The position numbers were made by a program, and so were the translations under genes. Positions 56,119 to 64,000 of a stretch of 64,000 nt of DNA are shown here, piece after piece. The stretch's first letter is position 1. Each line of letters starts with the position of its first letter. The stretch is taken from the NCBI GenBank assembly GCA_002747955.1, contig PDQZ01000008.1, forward strand, positions 79,425 to 143,424, in the 5' to 3' direction. The stretch comes from Candidatus Campbellbacteria bacterium (lineage in GTDB: Bacteria > Patescibacteriota > Minisyncoccia > Phycocordibacterales > GCA-2747955). The notes beneath the pieces are model-generated. The model saw only the letters and a list, made by a program, of their open reading frames with translations. It ran no database searches and was not told where the DNA came from.

Positions 56119-56213
56119 TTAAAGCTCGAAATTTTGAAGCAAATTTTTGGAAAAAAGAACAAGCGACGCTTGTTCTTTTTTCCAAAAATTTGCTTCAAAA
56201 TTTCGGGCTTTAA
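56119..56213. repeat. long perfect-palindrome hairpin element (family member) after greA
   Basis: aaagctcgaaattttgaagcaaatttttggaaaaaagaacaagcg-acg-cgcttgtt...aaatttcgggcttt. Confidence 0.7.
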
Positions 56214-56224
56214 TTTCCAACTTT

Positions 56225-56377
56225 CTTTTTTTAAATTTTGTGTTATAATACTTGCATAAAAGAAACCAGAGAAAGCGGGTATTTATAAATCCTGTCGAGG
56301 TTAACTTTGAGTTAAACTATTATCTGGCTTTCGTTATATGTATAATGAAAGTTTTTCTTTTATATAAATTATAAAAT
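56225..56377 (+). promoter_or_regulatory. putative structured 5-prime leader of the rplJ-rplL operon (L10 leader-like)
   Basis: TGTTATAAT promoter at about 56241, then a 130-nt untranslated leader with internal pairing potential before rplJ; typical location of the L10(L12) autoregulatory leader. Confidence 0.3.
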
Positions 56378-56869
56378 ATGGCAATTACAAGACAAAAAAA
56401 AGAAGAGATTTTTGCAAAAACAAAAGACATATTTGATAATTCAGAAGCATTAGTGTTTGTTCACTTTGATAAAGTATCAGGTGAAGAAATCAGAGATATG
56501 AGAGCCGAATTAGAAAAAGAAGGTGTTTCATATTCTGTAATCAAAAAAACATTGATTAAAAAAGCAGCTGATGAATCAAAAGTTAAAGGTTCATTGCCAG
56601 AACTTGAAGGTGAAATTGCTGTTGCATATTCAACAGAAGATATGACAGCACCTGCAAGAAAAGTTAAAGAATTTTCAAAAACTCTAAAAGACAGAATTAG
56701 TATTGTTGGAGGATTTTTTGAAGGGGAATTTAAAAATCAAGCAGAAATGACAGAAATCGCAAATATTCCATCACTTGATGTATTAAGAGGAATGTTTGTA
56801 AATGTTATTAACTCACCAATTCAAAGATGTGCAATTGCACTTGGACAAATTGCAGAGAAAAAATCTTAA
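56378..56869 (+). CDS. rplJ: 50S ribosomal protein L10
   Basis: MAITRQKKEEIFAKTKDIFDNSEALVFVHFDKVSGEEIRDMRAELEKEGVSYSVIKKTLIKKA. Confidence 0.9.
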   Translation: MAITRQKKEEIFAKTKDIFDNSEALVFVHFDKVSGEEIRDMRAELEKEGVSYSVIKKTLIKKAADESKVKGSLPELEGEIAVAYSTEDMTAPARKVKEFSKTLKDRISIVGGFFEGEFKNQAEMTEIANIPSLDVLRGMFVNVINSPIQRCAIALGQIAEKKS

Positions 56870-56898
56870 AAATAAATTATAAATTATAAAAAAATATT

Positions 56899-57402
56899 AT
56901 GACAGAAGAAGTAAAAAACACAACAGAAGAAGTTGTAGAAAATACTGAAGCACAAGCTACAGAAGAAGTTAAAACAGAAGAAGTTAAAGAAGAAGCTCCG
57001 GCAGTAGCTGAAGAAACAAAAGAAGTTGAAGTTCCAGCAGAATTTAAAGACATTGTAGAAAAAATTGAAAAAATGTCAGTGATGGAATTAAATGAACTTG
57101 TAAAAGTTTTTGAAGACAAATTTGGAGTTTCAGCAACAGCAGTTGCAGCAGGACCAGCAGCTGGTTCAGATGCAGCAGGAGCTGAAGAAAAATCAGAATT
57201 TGATGTTGAATTAACAGATGCAGGAGCTTCAAAAATCGGAGTTATTAAAGCTGTAAAAGCAGCATTGGGACTTGGACTAAAAGAAGCAAAAGATGCAGTA
57301 GATGGAGCACCATCAGTTTTGAAAGCAGGAGTGAAAAAAGAAGAAGCAGAGGAGATGAAAAAAGCGTTAGAAGAAGCAGGGGCAACAGTTACCCTAAAAT
57401 AA
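56899..57402 (+). CDS. rplL: 50S ribosomal protein L7/L12 with an about 45-aa acidic N-terminal extension
   Basis: C-terminal ...[71 protein letters not shown]; the extra N-terminal segment [45 protein letters not shown] has no alternative in-frame start. Confidence 0.85.
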   Translation: MTEEVKNTTEEVVENTEAQATEEVKTEEVKEEAPAVAEETKEVEVPAEFKDIVEKIEKMSVMELNELVKVFEDKFGVSATAVAAGPAAGSDAAGAEEKSEFDVELTDAGASKIGVIKAVKAALGLGLKEAKDAVDGAPSVLKAGVKKEEAEEMKKALEEAGATVTLK

Positions 57403-57404
57403 AA

Positions 57405-57660
57405 AACTTGAAAAATTGGCGACTTGCTTTGTTGCCTTCATAAAAAAATCGCTCAACGTAATAACACATACGTATCGCGATTTTTTTATTCGGCGCCGCG
57501 CAATTCATCCAATTTTTCAAGTTTTTTTAGTGTTTAAACAAATCTTTGTCGATTTTCATCCAATTTCTGCTGTTTTTAAAAACTTGAAAAACAAGCAGCT
57601 AACTTTGTCAGCTGCACAAAAAAATCCCCTCACCGTATGTCCAATATGGCTCGGGGTTTT
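57405..57660. repeat. structured noncoding element after rplL (copy B of the element after rplK), with an internal partial duplication
   Basis: aligned blocks as described for 37615..37860; the CATCCAATTTCTGCTGTTTT motif recurs at about 57555 and about 57815. Confidence 0.7.
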
Positions 57661-57932
57661 TTTGTTTGCTTCCGCGTTATCCATCTTGTTTTTTGAGTTT
57701 TTTAAAACACCAGAAATTAGCACCAAGCTTTGTTGGCTTCGTGTAAAAATATTTTCAACGTACTTCAAGTACGTCTCAAATATTTTTCACTCGCCGCCTC
57801 GCTCGGCATCCAATTTCTGCTGTTTTGACTCCAGAAAAGGTTAAAAGTTGAACTAAAAAATATAAAAAATCAAGTTTTAAATGTTTATAAAAAATTTGAT
57901 TATTTTTTTATATATTTTATCATTTAGAAAAT

Positions 57933-59225
57933 ATGAGTAAAGTTATAAATAAAAAATATATTATTTTTATTGGTTCAGTTCCAAAAAGTGTTTTAGAAAG
58001 TATTAATAATTATATTTTAGAAACAAATAAAAATTTAGAAGTTATTGTTTTTCAAAATGAAAAAAATATAACTAACGATTTTTTAAAAAATAATAGTATT
58101 TTTATTGTTGATTTTGATGATAAAAAAAATATAAGAGAAAATTTAAAAAAGGTTGGTGAAAAAAATATTTTTTCAGTTACAGCTCGTGGTGAAAAAAATA
58201 TACCATTATATCAAAAAATAATACCTTTTTTGCCTAACCATGTAAAAACTCCAAAAGCTAAAGCTTTAAGTTTTTCAACTGAAAAAACTTTGATGAGACA
58301 AAAGTTTGAAAAAAAATGTAAAAAGTTAAATCCTAAGTTTAAAATTATACATAAAAAAACAAAAAAAATAGTTGATGAAATATGTAAAGATATAGGTTTT
58401 CCTTTAATCATAAAACCTGCTGGGTTGTCTGCAAGTATTTTAGTTTCTTCTGCTTATTATAGAGAGGAGCTCGAAGAAGGTTTAGATTTAATTTTTAAAA
58501 AAATAAATACAATTTATCAAAAGAAAAAGGGTCGAGGAAAACCAACAGTTTTAGTTGAAGAAATGATGGAGGGCGATATTTATTCTGTCGATGTACATAT
58601 AGATAGTAAGGGTAAAATTTATTTTAATCCTTTTGTCGCATATACAACAGCTAGACAAAAAGGCTTTGATGATTTCTTTTTGTATGAAAGAATAATACCT
58701 TCTGGTTTGGATGATGATCAAATTAAAAAAGGTCAAGAAATAGCGAAAACTGGTATAAAAGCTTTAGGTTTGAAAAATTCAACTGCGCACATAGAACTTA
58801 TAAATAAAGGAAATAATTGGAAAATTATTGAAATTGGACCAAGGGTGGGTGGTTATCGTTCAGTTCTGTATAAAAAAACTTATAATATTAATATAGATTT
58901 AAATGATGTTTTGATTAAAACCGATGAAAAAATAAAAATACCAAAAAAGAAAATTGGTAACATGACTACAATCCAACTTTATCCCAAAGAAGAAGGATAT
59001 ATTAAAAAAATAGAAGGTATTAACAAAATTAAAAAACTTGAAAGTTTTTATAGTTTGAGCAAACAGTTAAGAAAAGGACAGAAATCAATTTGGTCGAAAA
59101 ATGGTGGAGATGGAGTTTTAAGAATAACTTTATTTAATGAAAATTATGAACAGTTTATAGCAGACAAAAGAAGGGCAGAGAAGATGATAAAAATAGAAAC
59201 TGTTAAACAAAGAAAAAAGATTTAA
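57933..59225 (+). CDS. ATP-grasp domain protein
   Basis: EEMMEGDIYSVDVHIDSKGKIYF and HIELINKGNNWKIIEIGPRVGG match ATP-grasp central and C-terminal lobes. Confidence 0.5.
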   Translation: MSKVINKKYIIFIGSVPKSVLESINNYILETNKNLEVIVFQNEKNITNDFLKNNSIFIVDFDDKKNIRENLKKVGEKNIFSVTARGEKNIPLYQKIIPFLPNHVKTPKAKALSFSTEKTLMRQKFEKKCKKLNPKFKIIHKKTKKIVDEICKDIGFPLIIKPAGLSASILVSSAYYREELEEGLDLIFKKINTIYQKKKGRGKPTVLVEEMMEGDIYSVDVHIDSKGKIYFNPFVAYTTARQKGFDDFFLYERIIPSGLDDDQIKKGQEIAKTGIKALGLKNSTAHIELINKGNNWKIIEIGPRVGGYRSVLYKKTYNINIDLNDVLIKTDEKIKIPKKKIGNMTTIQLYPKEEGYIKKIEGINKIKKLESFYSLSKQLRKGQKSIWSKNGGDGVLRITLFNENYEQFIADKRRAEKMIKIETVKQRKKI

Positions 59226-59270
59226 AAAACAAATTTAACTTCGTTAAATTTGTTTTTTTGTTTTTTAAAA

Positions 59271-59295
59271 TCCCCGCCGCCTTCGGCGGCGGGGA
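59271..59295. terminator. GC-rich terminator (second of two tandem hairpins) after the ATP-grasp gene
   Basis: tccccgccgcc-ttcg-ggcggcgggga plus T-run; preceded by the AT-rich hairpin 59231..59259. Confidence 0.65.
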
Positions 59296-59478
59296 AAGTT
59301 TTTTTAATTCAATAAAATTTTTTAGAATTGACAAAACAATCAGTTGTGTTAAAATATCTTTGGTGAAACGATTTTTTTACTGTAAAAAAAACAGTGCCGA
59401 CGTAAGTCGGCACTGAAAATAAATTTTTATAAGTAAAAAATATTTTTTTAAAAACGGTGGAAACACTAGGAGAAAATA

Positions 59479-60240
59479 ATGAACGCACAAGAACATATTT
59501 TAGTGAAGTTAATCGCAAGGGGTATTTTGGTTGACTTTGACAAAGTTGATTCAAAAGAATTTCCATTCGCTTTTGAAACCCAAGGGGATTTGAAGAGACA
59601 CTTGTCAAATATCGAGAAGGAGTGTCGTGATGTTTTAAAAGAAAGGTATGAAAAACTTTCGCACTTTGAGGTTCCAGAGGTAACTTTTGGATCTTCTCTA
59701 AAACCGATCCATATTGCAGGGATATTTTCTTTGCACAAGTTAATGGAAGGACTTGATTTTTCTTACAAAAATCTGTATGAAAGATTTTTAAAAGAATTAT
59801 GGATAGGTAAAGATCCTGATGATGTTTCTGTTAATAGACAAAAAAGTTTTGAAGAAAGTGCACAAAAAAGAGCAGAATATCTTTCGGAAACAGCGAAAAA
59901 ATTGCTTTCGAAAAAGGATAGGTCTGTTGTGATATTTAAAACAGAATATTGGCCTGTCACAAAAGAAGATGGACCACTCGATGTAATTGACTTTACAAGA
60001 GGGTATGCTGATTTTCTCTTGAAAGACAAAGAGCAGTTTGATTCATTTTTGTGTTCTTTGTTTTCAGAACGAATTTCTGTGTTCAAAGATCTCCTTGGGT
60101 CTTTCAATCCTTACATAGTCTTTGATCAGTCTAGTAAAAACCATAAGGTGATAAGATTGAAAAGTGATAAAGGGGAACATACTGTTTACCGTGACAGTTC
60201 AGGATATGAATGCCGGATCTATATAGCACTTATGATATAA
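59479..60240 (+). CDS. hypothetical protein (AGGAG SD, GC slightly above background)
   Basis: 253 aa, no recognisable motif; canonical SD unlike most neighbours. Confidence 0.35.
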   Translation: MNAQEHILVKLIARGILVDFDKVDSKEFPFAFETQGDLKRHLSNIEKECRDVLKERYEKLSHFEVPEVTFGSSLKPIHIAGIFSLHKLMEGLDFSYKNLYERFLKELWIGKDPDDVSVNRQKSFEESAQKRAEYLSETAKKLLSKKDRSVVIFKTEYWPVTKEDGPLDVIDFTRGYADFLLKDKEQFDSFLCSLFSERISVFKDLLGSFNPYIVFDQSSKNHKVIRLKSDKGEHTVYRDSSGYECRIYIALMI

Positions 60241-60312
60241 GTTTTTAACAAACCCCCGTCAGCGAAGCTGGCGGGGTATTTTTTTAAATTCACAAAAACA
60301 TTCCAGCAAAAT

Positions 60313-60361
60313 CAAGGCCTTGCCTTGAGATAGGCAAGGCCTATCTCAAGGCAAGGCCTTG
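60313..60361. repeat. 49-bp perfect palindrome, copy 2 (identical to 46850..46898)
   Basis: caaggccttgccttgagataggcaaggcctatctcaaggcaaggccttg. Confidence 0.8.
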
Positions 60362-60421
60362 ATTTTTTCTTTTAACTTTTAGGGAAATGTTTTTGGGGGA
60401 AAATATGATATAATATTTCAT

Positions 60422-62779
60422 ATGTCAGAAATAAAAGATGAAGCAAAATCTTTGAGTAAATTTAATAGACTTTCAAACTATTTAAGTGTTGCTCAAATTT
60501 TTCTAAATGATAATTTTTTAGTAGAGGAAAAACTTCAAAAAAAAGATATTAAAAAAAGACTTTTAGGGCACTGGGGAACTTGTCCTGGGATTTCTTATGT
60601 TTACGGGCAAACCAACAGGCAAATTATTAAGAACAAAAAACATGATTTTATTTTAACAGTCGGAACAGGACACGGTTTTCCTGCTTTTCAGTCTGGAATT
60701 TTTGTTGACGGTTCTTTGTCGCATTTTTATCTTAAAAAAATTCCTTATTCTAAAAAAGGCTTTGAAGAAATCATTAAAAACTTTTCAACTCCTTATGGCT
60801 ATCCATCACACTTAAACCCAGAAGCACCCGGGGTGGTTGCAGAAGGGGGAGAGCTTGGATATTCTTTGGCCATTGCTGCTGGAACAGTTTTGGACAATAA
60901 AAACTTAATCAATGTTTGTATTATCGGCGACGGGGAAGCTGAAACTGGTCCTCTTTCTGCCTCTTGGAATATGAACAAGTTTTTATCACCCAAAACAGAC
61001 GGGGCAGTTTTGCCAGTTTTACATTTAAACGGTTACAAAATTTCAGGTCCAACTGTGTTTGGAAGAATGAATAATTCTGAAATTAAAAATTATTTTTCAG
61101 GGCTTGGTTACAAAGTTTATTTTATTGATCAACATAAAATTAGAAAAGATATTCAGATTAAAGGAATGGAAGTTTTTGATAAAGCTGTCCAGAGAATTTT
61201 AAAAATTCAACAAAAAGCAAGAAGTGGCCAAAAAGTTCTAAAACCAAAATGGCCTGTTATTATTTTAAAAACAGACAAAGGGCTTACTGGGCCTGAAGAA
61301 GTTGGTCATAAAAAAATTGCAGGAAACTGTTTTGCTCATCAAGTTGTTTTTGACAGTTATAAAGATTTAGCAGACAATCAGAAAAATTTAGATATTTTAG
61401 AAGAGTGGTTGAAGTCTTATAAAGTCAACGAACTGATTTCTTTTGATAAAAAAGGAAAACTTGTTTTGGATAAAGATATTAAAAAATTTATTCCAAAAAT
61501 TGAAAAGACTCTTGGGGCAAACAAAAATTCTTTTGCTCAATTTATGCAAAAAGAAATTAAGTTTCCAAAAGAAAATTTGTATATTAAACAAAATCTGGAG
61601 GAAGAAACTGGAAATAGCAGCATGAAGGAAGCCGGAAAGTTTTTGGAAAAAATTATGTCTAAAAACAAAAATGTTCGACTTTTTTCTCCCGATGAAACTT
61701 ATTCAAACAAGCTTGATGATGTTTTCAAAACTACAAAAAGAGTGTGGCAGTTACCGATTAAAGCTTTTGATAAAGATATGGCTCAAGAAGGAAAAGTTGT
61801 TGAAGTTCTTTCAGAACACTTACTTTTTGGTATGCTTTGGGGTTATACCCAAACAGGAAGAAACGGGTTTTTTGTAACATATGAAGCCTTTGCCCAGATT
61901 ATTTCTTCAATGGCTGACCAATATGTAAAATTCTTAAAAGCTTCAAAAAATGTAAAATTTAGAAAAGAAGTTCCGTCTTTGAATGTTGTTTTGTCGTCAC
62001 TTTTGGAAAGACAGGATCACAATGGTTTTTCACATCAGAATCCGTCTTTTATTGCGTCAAGTTTGGACAGAGATCGAGAGCTTACAAATGTTTACTTTCC
62101 AGCAGATAAAAACTTAACAGTAGAGGCGTTTAAAAAAGCTTTAAAAACAAAAAACGCTTTAAATGTTATTGTAGCAGGGAAGAAAATGAAAAGAACATTT
62201 TTAACGCAAAAAGAAGTTCAAAAAGCCTCCAAAGATGAAATTTTGATTTGGGAGAAATACTCAGACAAAAATCCAGATATTGTCTTTGTGACTTGTGGTG
62301 ATTATGTAACCCAAGAGGCTGTGGTTGGTTTGCAGTTATTTAAAGAATTTTTACCAGATGTTAAAGTTCGGTTTGTAAATATTTTCAAACTTGATGTTTT
62401 AGCTGAAGAAAATTCTGCTGTTTCAAACAAAGATATTTTAAAAAAATATTTTACAGAAGACAAAGGGATTTTGTTTAACTTCCACGGTTATGCAGAAACA
62501 ATTAAAAAACTTTTGTTTGACTATCATCTATCAGAAAGAATTATTGTAAACGGTTACAACGAAGAAGGATCAACAACATCTCCTTTTGATATGTTGTCTC
62601 GAAACGGCTTGTCAAGATTTAATATTGTCAGAAATTTAACCCAACTTGCCTTTGAGCAAAAACTTGTTTCTAAAAAAGAATTTGATACAATTACGCAACA
62701 AATGGATAAGGCTTTAAAAGATGAGGTTGATTATATTGTAAAACATAAAGTTGATCCAGATTATATTAAAAATTGGTAA
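60422..62779 (+). CDS. xfp: xylulose-5-phosphate/fructose-6-phosphate phosphoketolase
   Basis: LGHWGTCPG, EGGELGYSLA and GDGEAETGP signature motifs; 785 aa. Confidence 0.85.
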   Translation: MSEIKDEAKSLSKFNRLSNYLSVAQIFLNDNFLVEEKLQKKDIKKRLLGHWGTCPGISYVYGQTNRQIIKNKKHDFILTVGTGHGFPAFQSGIFVDGSLSHFYLKKIPYSKKGFEEIIKNFSTPYGYPSHLNPEAPGVVAEGGELGYSLAIAAGTVLDNKNLINVCIIGDGEAETGPLSASWNMNKFLSPKTDGAVLPVLHLNGYKISGPTVFGRMNNSEIKNYFSGLGYKVYFIDQHKIRKDIQIKGMEVFDKAVQRILKIQQKARSGQKVLKPKWPVIILKTDKGLTGPEEVGHKKIAGNCFAHQVVFDSYKDLADNQKNLDILEEWLKSYKVNELISFDKKGKLVLDKDIKKFIPKIEKTLGANKNSFAQFMQKEIKFPKENLYIKQNLEEETGNSSMKEAGKFLEKIMSKNKNVRLFSPDETYSNKLDDVFKTTKRVWQLPIKAFDKDMAQEGKVVEVLSEHLLFGMLWGYTQTGRNGFFVTYEAFAQIISSMADQYVKFLKASKNVKFRKEVPSLNVVLSSLLERQDHNGFSHQNPSFIASSLDRDRELTNVYFPADKNLTVEAFKKALKTKNALNVIVAGKKMKRTFLTQKEVQKASKDEILIWEKYSDKNPDIVFVTCGDYVTQEAVVGLQLFKEFLPDVKVRFVNIFKLDVLAEENSAVSNKDILKKYFTEDKGILFNFHGYAETIKKLLFDYHLSERIIVNGYNEEGSTTSPFDMLSRNGLSRFNIVRNLTQLAFEQKLVSKKEFDTITQQMDKALKDEVDYIVKHKVDPDYIKNW

Positions 62780-62784
62780 CATCT

Positions 62785-63768
62785 ATGACGTATTTAATTA
62801 TATTTAGCTTGATATTATTATCAGCTCTATTTTCAGGTCTAACTATTGGACTTTTGGGACTTGACCAAACAGAACTTCAAAGAAAATCAAAATTAGGAGA
62901 GAAAAAGGCGGTAAAAATTCTGTCAGTAAGAAAAAACGGAAACTTTCTTTTGGTAACTTTACTTTTGGGAAATGTTTTGGTGAACTCAATTTTATCTGTG
63001 TACTTGGGAAGTACTTTTACAGGGCTTTGGGCTGTTTTGATTTCAACAGCTTTGATTGTTGTTTTTGGAGAAATTGTACCACAAGCGGTTTTTTACAGAC
63101 ATGCTTTAAAATTTGGTCCGTATTTTGTACCAATTGTAAAGTTTTTTCAGTTTTTACTTTTTCCAATTGCATACCCGATTGGAAAAATTTTAGACAAAAT
63201 TTTAGGAACAGAAGAGGAAACTGTTTGGTCTAAAAAGGAGTTAAAAGAAATTATCAAACACCATGAAGATTCTGAAAAATCACAAGTGGACGAAGATGAG
63301 GAAAATATTGTTTTGGGAGCTTTGTCTTTTTCTGACAAAAAAGTAAATCAAGTCATGACACCAAAAAGGGCTGTCTTTTCTGTAAAAGTTGATGATGTGT
63401 TGAACTATAAACTTTTGGAGAAAATTGAGAAAAAGGGTTTTTCAAGAATTCCTGTTTTCGGAGAAAGTGAAGATGAAATTTTAGGTGTTTTAAATGTTAA
63501 AAAACTAATTTCTGCAAAACAAGACAGTTTGGTAAGCAACCTTTATTATAAAAATAGAATTTTCTATGTAAATGAAAATGATAAACTTGATGATGTTTTA
63601 AATAAGTTTATCCAAAAGAAAATTCATTTAGCAGCGGTTTTTAATACCCATAAAACATTTTTGGGTATTGTGACAATGGAAGATGTAATGGAAGAGATTT
63701 TGGCAAAAGAAATTGTTGATGAAACAGATTTACATGTTGATATGAGAAGAGTTGAAAAAAATGTTTAA
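62785..63768 (+). CDS. CNNM/CorC-family protein (DUF21 transmembrane domain plus CBS pair)
   Basis: LLSALFSGLTIGLLGLDQTELQ DUF21 motif and two CBS-like segments; ATG 62785 preferred over the TTG 62773 that overlaps the xfp stop. Confidence 0.7.
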   Translation: MTYLIIFSLILLSALFSGLTIGLLGLDQTELQRKSKLGEKKAVKILSVRKNGNFLLVTLLLGNVLVNSILSVYLGSTFTGLWAVLISTALIVVFGEIVPQAVFYRHALKFGPYFVPIVKFFQFLLFPIAYPIGKILDKILGTEEETVWSKKELKEIIKHHEDSEKSQVDEDEENIVLGALSFSDKKVNQVMTPKRAVFSVKVDDVLNYKLLEKIEKKGFSRIPVFGESEDEILGVLNVKKLISAKQDSLVSNLYYKNRIFYVNENDKLDDVLNKFIQKKIHLAAVFNTHKTFLGIVTMEDVMEEILAKEIVDETDLHVDMRRVEKNV

Positions 63769-63770
63769 AT

Positions 63771-63838
63771 AAAAAGCCCGAAAATTTTTGAATGATTTGA
63801 AAAAAAAACCAAATTCAGTTTCGCTGAATTTGGTTTTT
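63771..63838. terminator. terminator hairpin preceded by a family-type left arm (AAAGCCCGAAAATTTTT) with no right partner
   Basis: aaccaaattcag-tttcg-ctgaatttggttttt between convergent genes. Confidence 0.55.
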
Positions 63839-63842
63839 AACT

Positions 63843-64000
63843 TTAATATTTTGCTTTAAACTTTTGCAAATCACTTGCAGAAAAACTTTTTCCATCGCCT
63901 GAAATTTTGTATTTTTCTTTCCATCGTTTTAAAGATTTTTCAGTTGTACTTCCAAACATTCCATTTGCTGAAATATTTCTTGGAAATACTTTTTCGTATT
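63843..64000 (-). CDS. 3-prime end of a minus-strand gene whose C-terminus resembles a peptidoglycan-binding (PG_binding_1-like) domain; partial, runs off the window
   Basis: Reverse translation gives ...NTKKYFQEISANGMFGSTTEKSLKRWKEKYKISGDGKSFSASDLQKFKAKY-stop, resembling the NGxFGxxTxxAxKxFQ PG-binding pattern. Confidence 0.3.
   Translation of the reverse strand, partial: YEKVFPRNISANGMFGSTTEKSLKRWKEKYKISGDGKSFSASDLQKFKAKY

Noticed and set aside
57416-57844. ORF 57416..57844 (142 aa) after rplL
   Set aside because: It covers the duplicated noncoding element, including terminator hairpins and direct repeats. Its translation is hydrophobic and low complexity with no homolog signal.

Overview
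64-kb window from a streamlined, low-GC bacterial chromosome, with intergenic regions below about 30% GC. About 55 protein genes are tightly packed and mostly housekeeping: ndk, recR, thyA, tyrS, scpB, ileS, atpA, alaS, rnc, secE-nusG-rplK, rplJ-rplL, greA, rnj, engB and xfp. Several features fit a Patescibacteria/CPR-like episymbiont, which is an inference from style rather than a measured result: tiny SecE and SecG, a truncated AlaRS, comF/pilM, many Lys/Glu/Asn-rich low-complexity proteins, and numerous endolysin-like cell-wall hydrolases. RNA genes found by eye are tRNA-His(GTG), tRNA-Arg(TCG), a tmRNA (ssrA) with a consensus promoter, and a candidate RNase P RNA inside an unusual 1.1-kb noncoding island. 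No CRISPR array, transposase or integrase was seen. The most interesting content is: (1) an operon of modular peptidoglycan hydrolases (M15-like peptidase, GH19 lysozyme) that share a duplicated PG-binding plus acidic-linker cassette, interleaved with small membrane-anchored proteins, plus an orphan cassette copy sitting in-frame behind a stop codon. (2) A dispersed family of very long perfect-palindrome hairpin elements with conserved outer arms (AAAGCCCGAAAATTT...AAATTTTCGGGCTTT) and a recurring GGCCTTGCC core. (3) An isoleucyl-tRNA synthetase carrying an inserted, apparently intact histidine-phosphatase (PGM-like) domain. (4) Duplicated about 230-bp noncoding elements after rplK and after rplL, with rplA missing. 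(5) Near-leaderless TGnTATAAT promoter architecture. (6) A higher-GC islet encoding paralogous-leader secreted low-complexity proteins. Coordinates of noncoding features are hand-derived and may be off by one or two bases.
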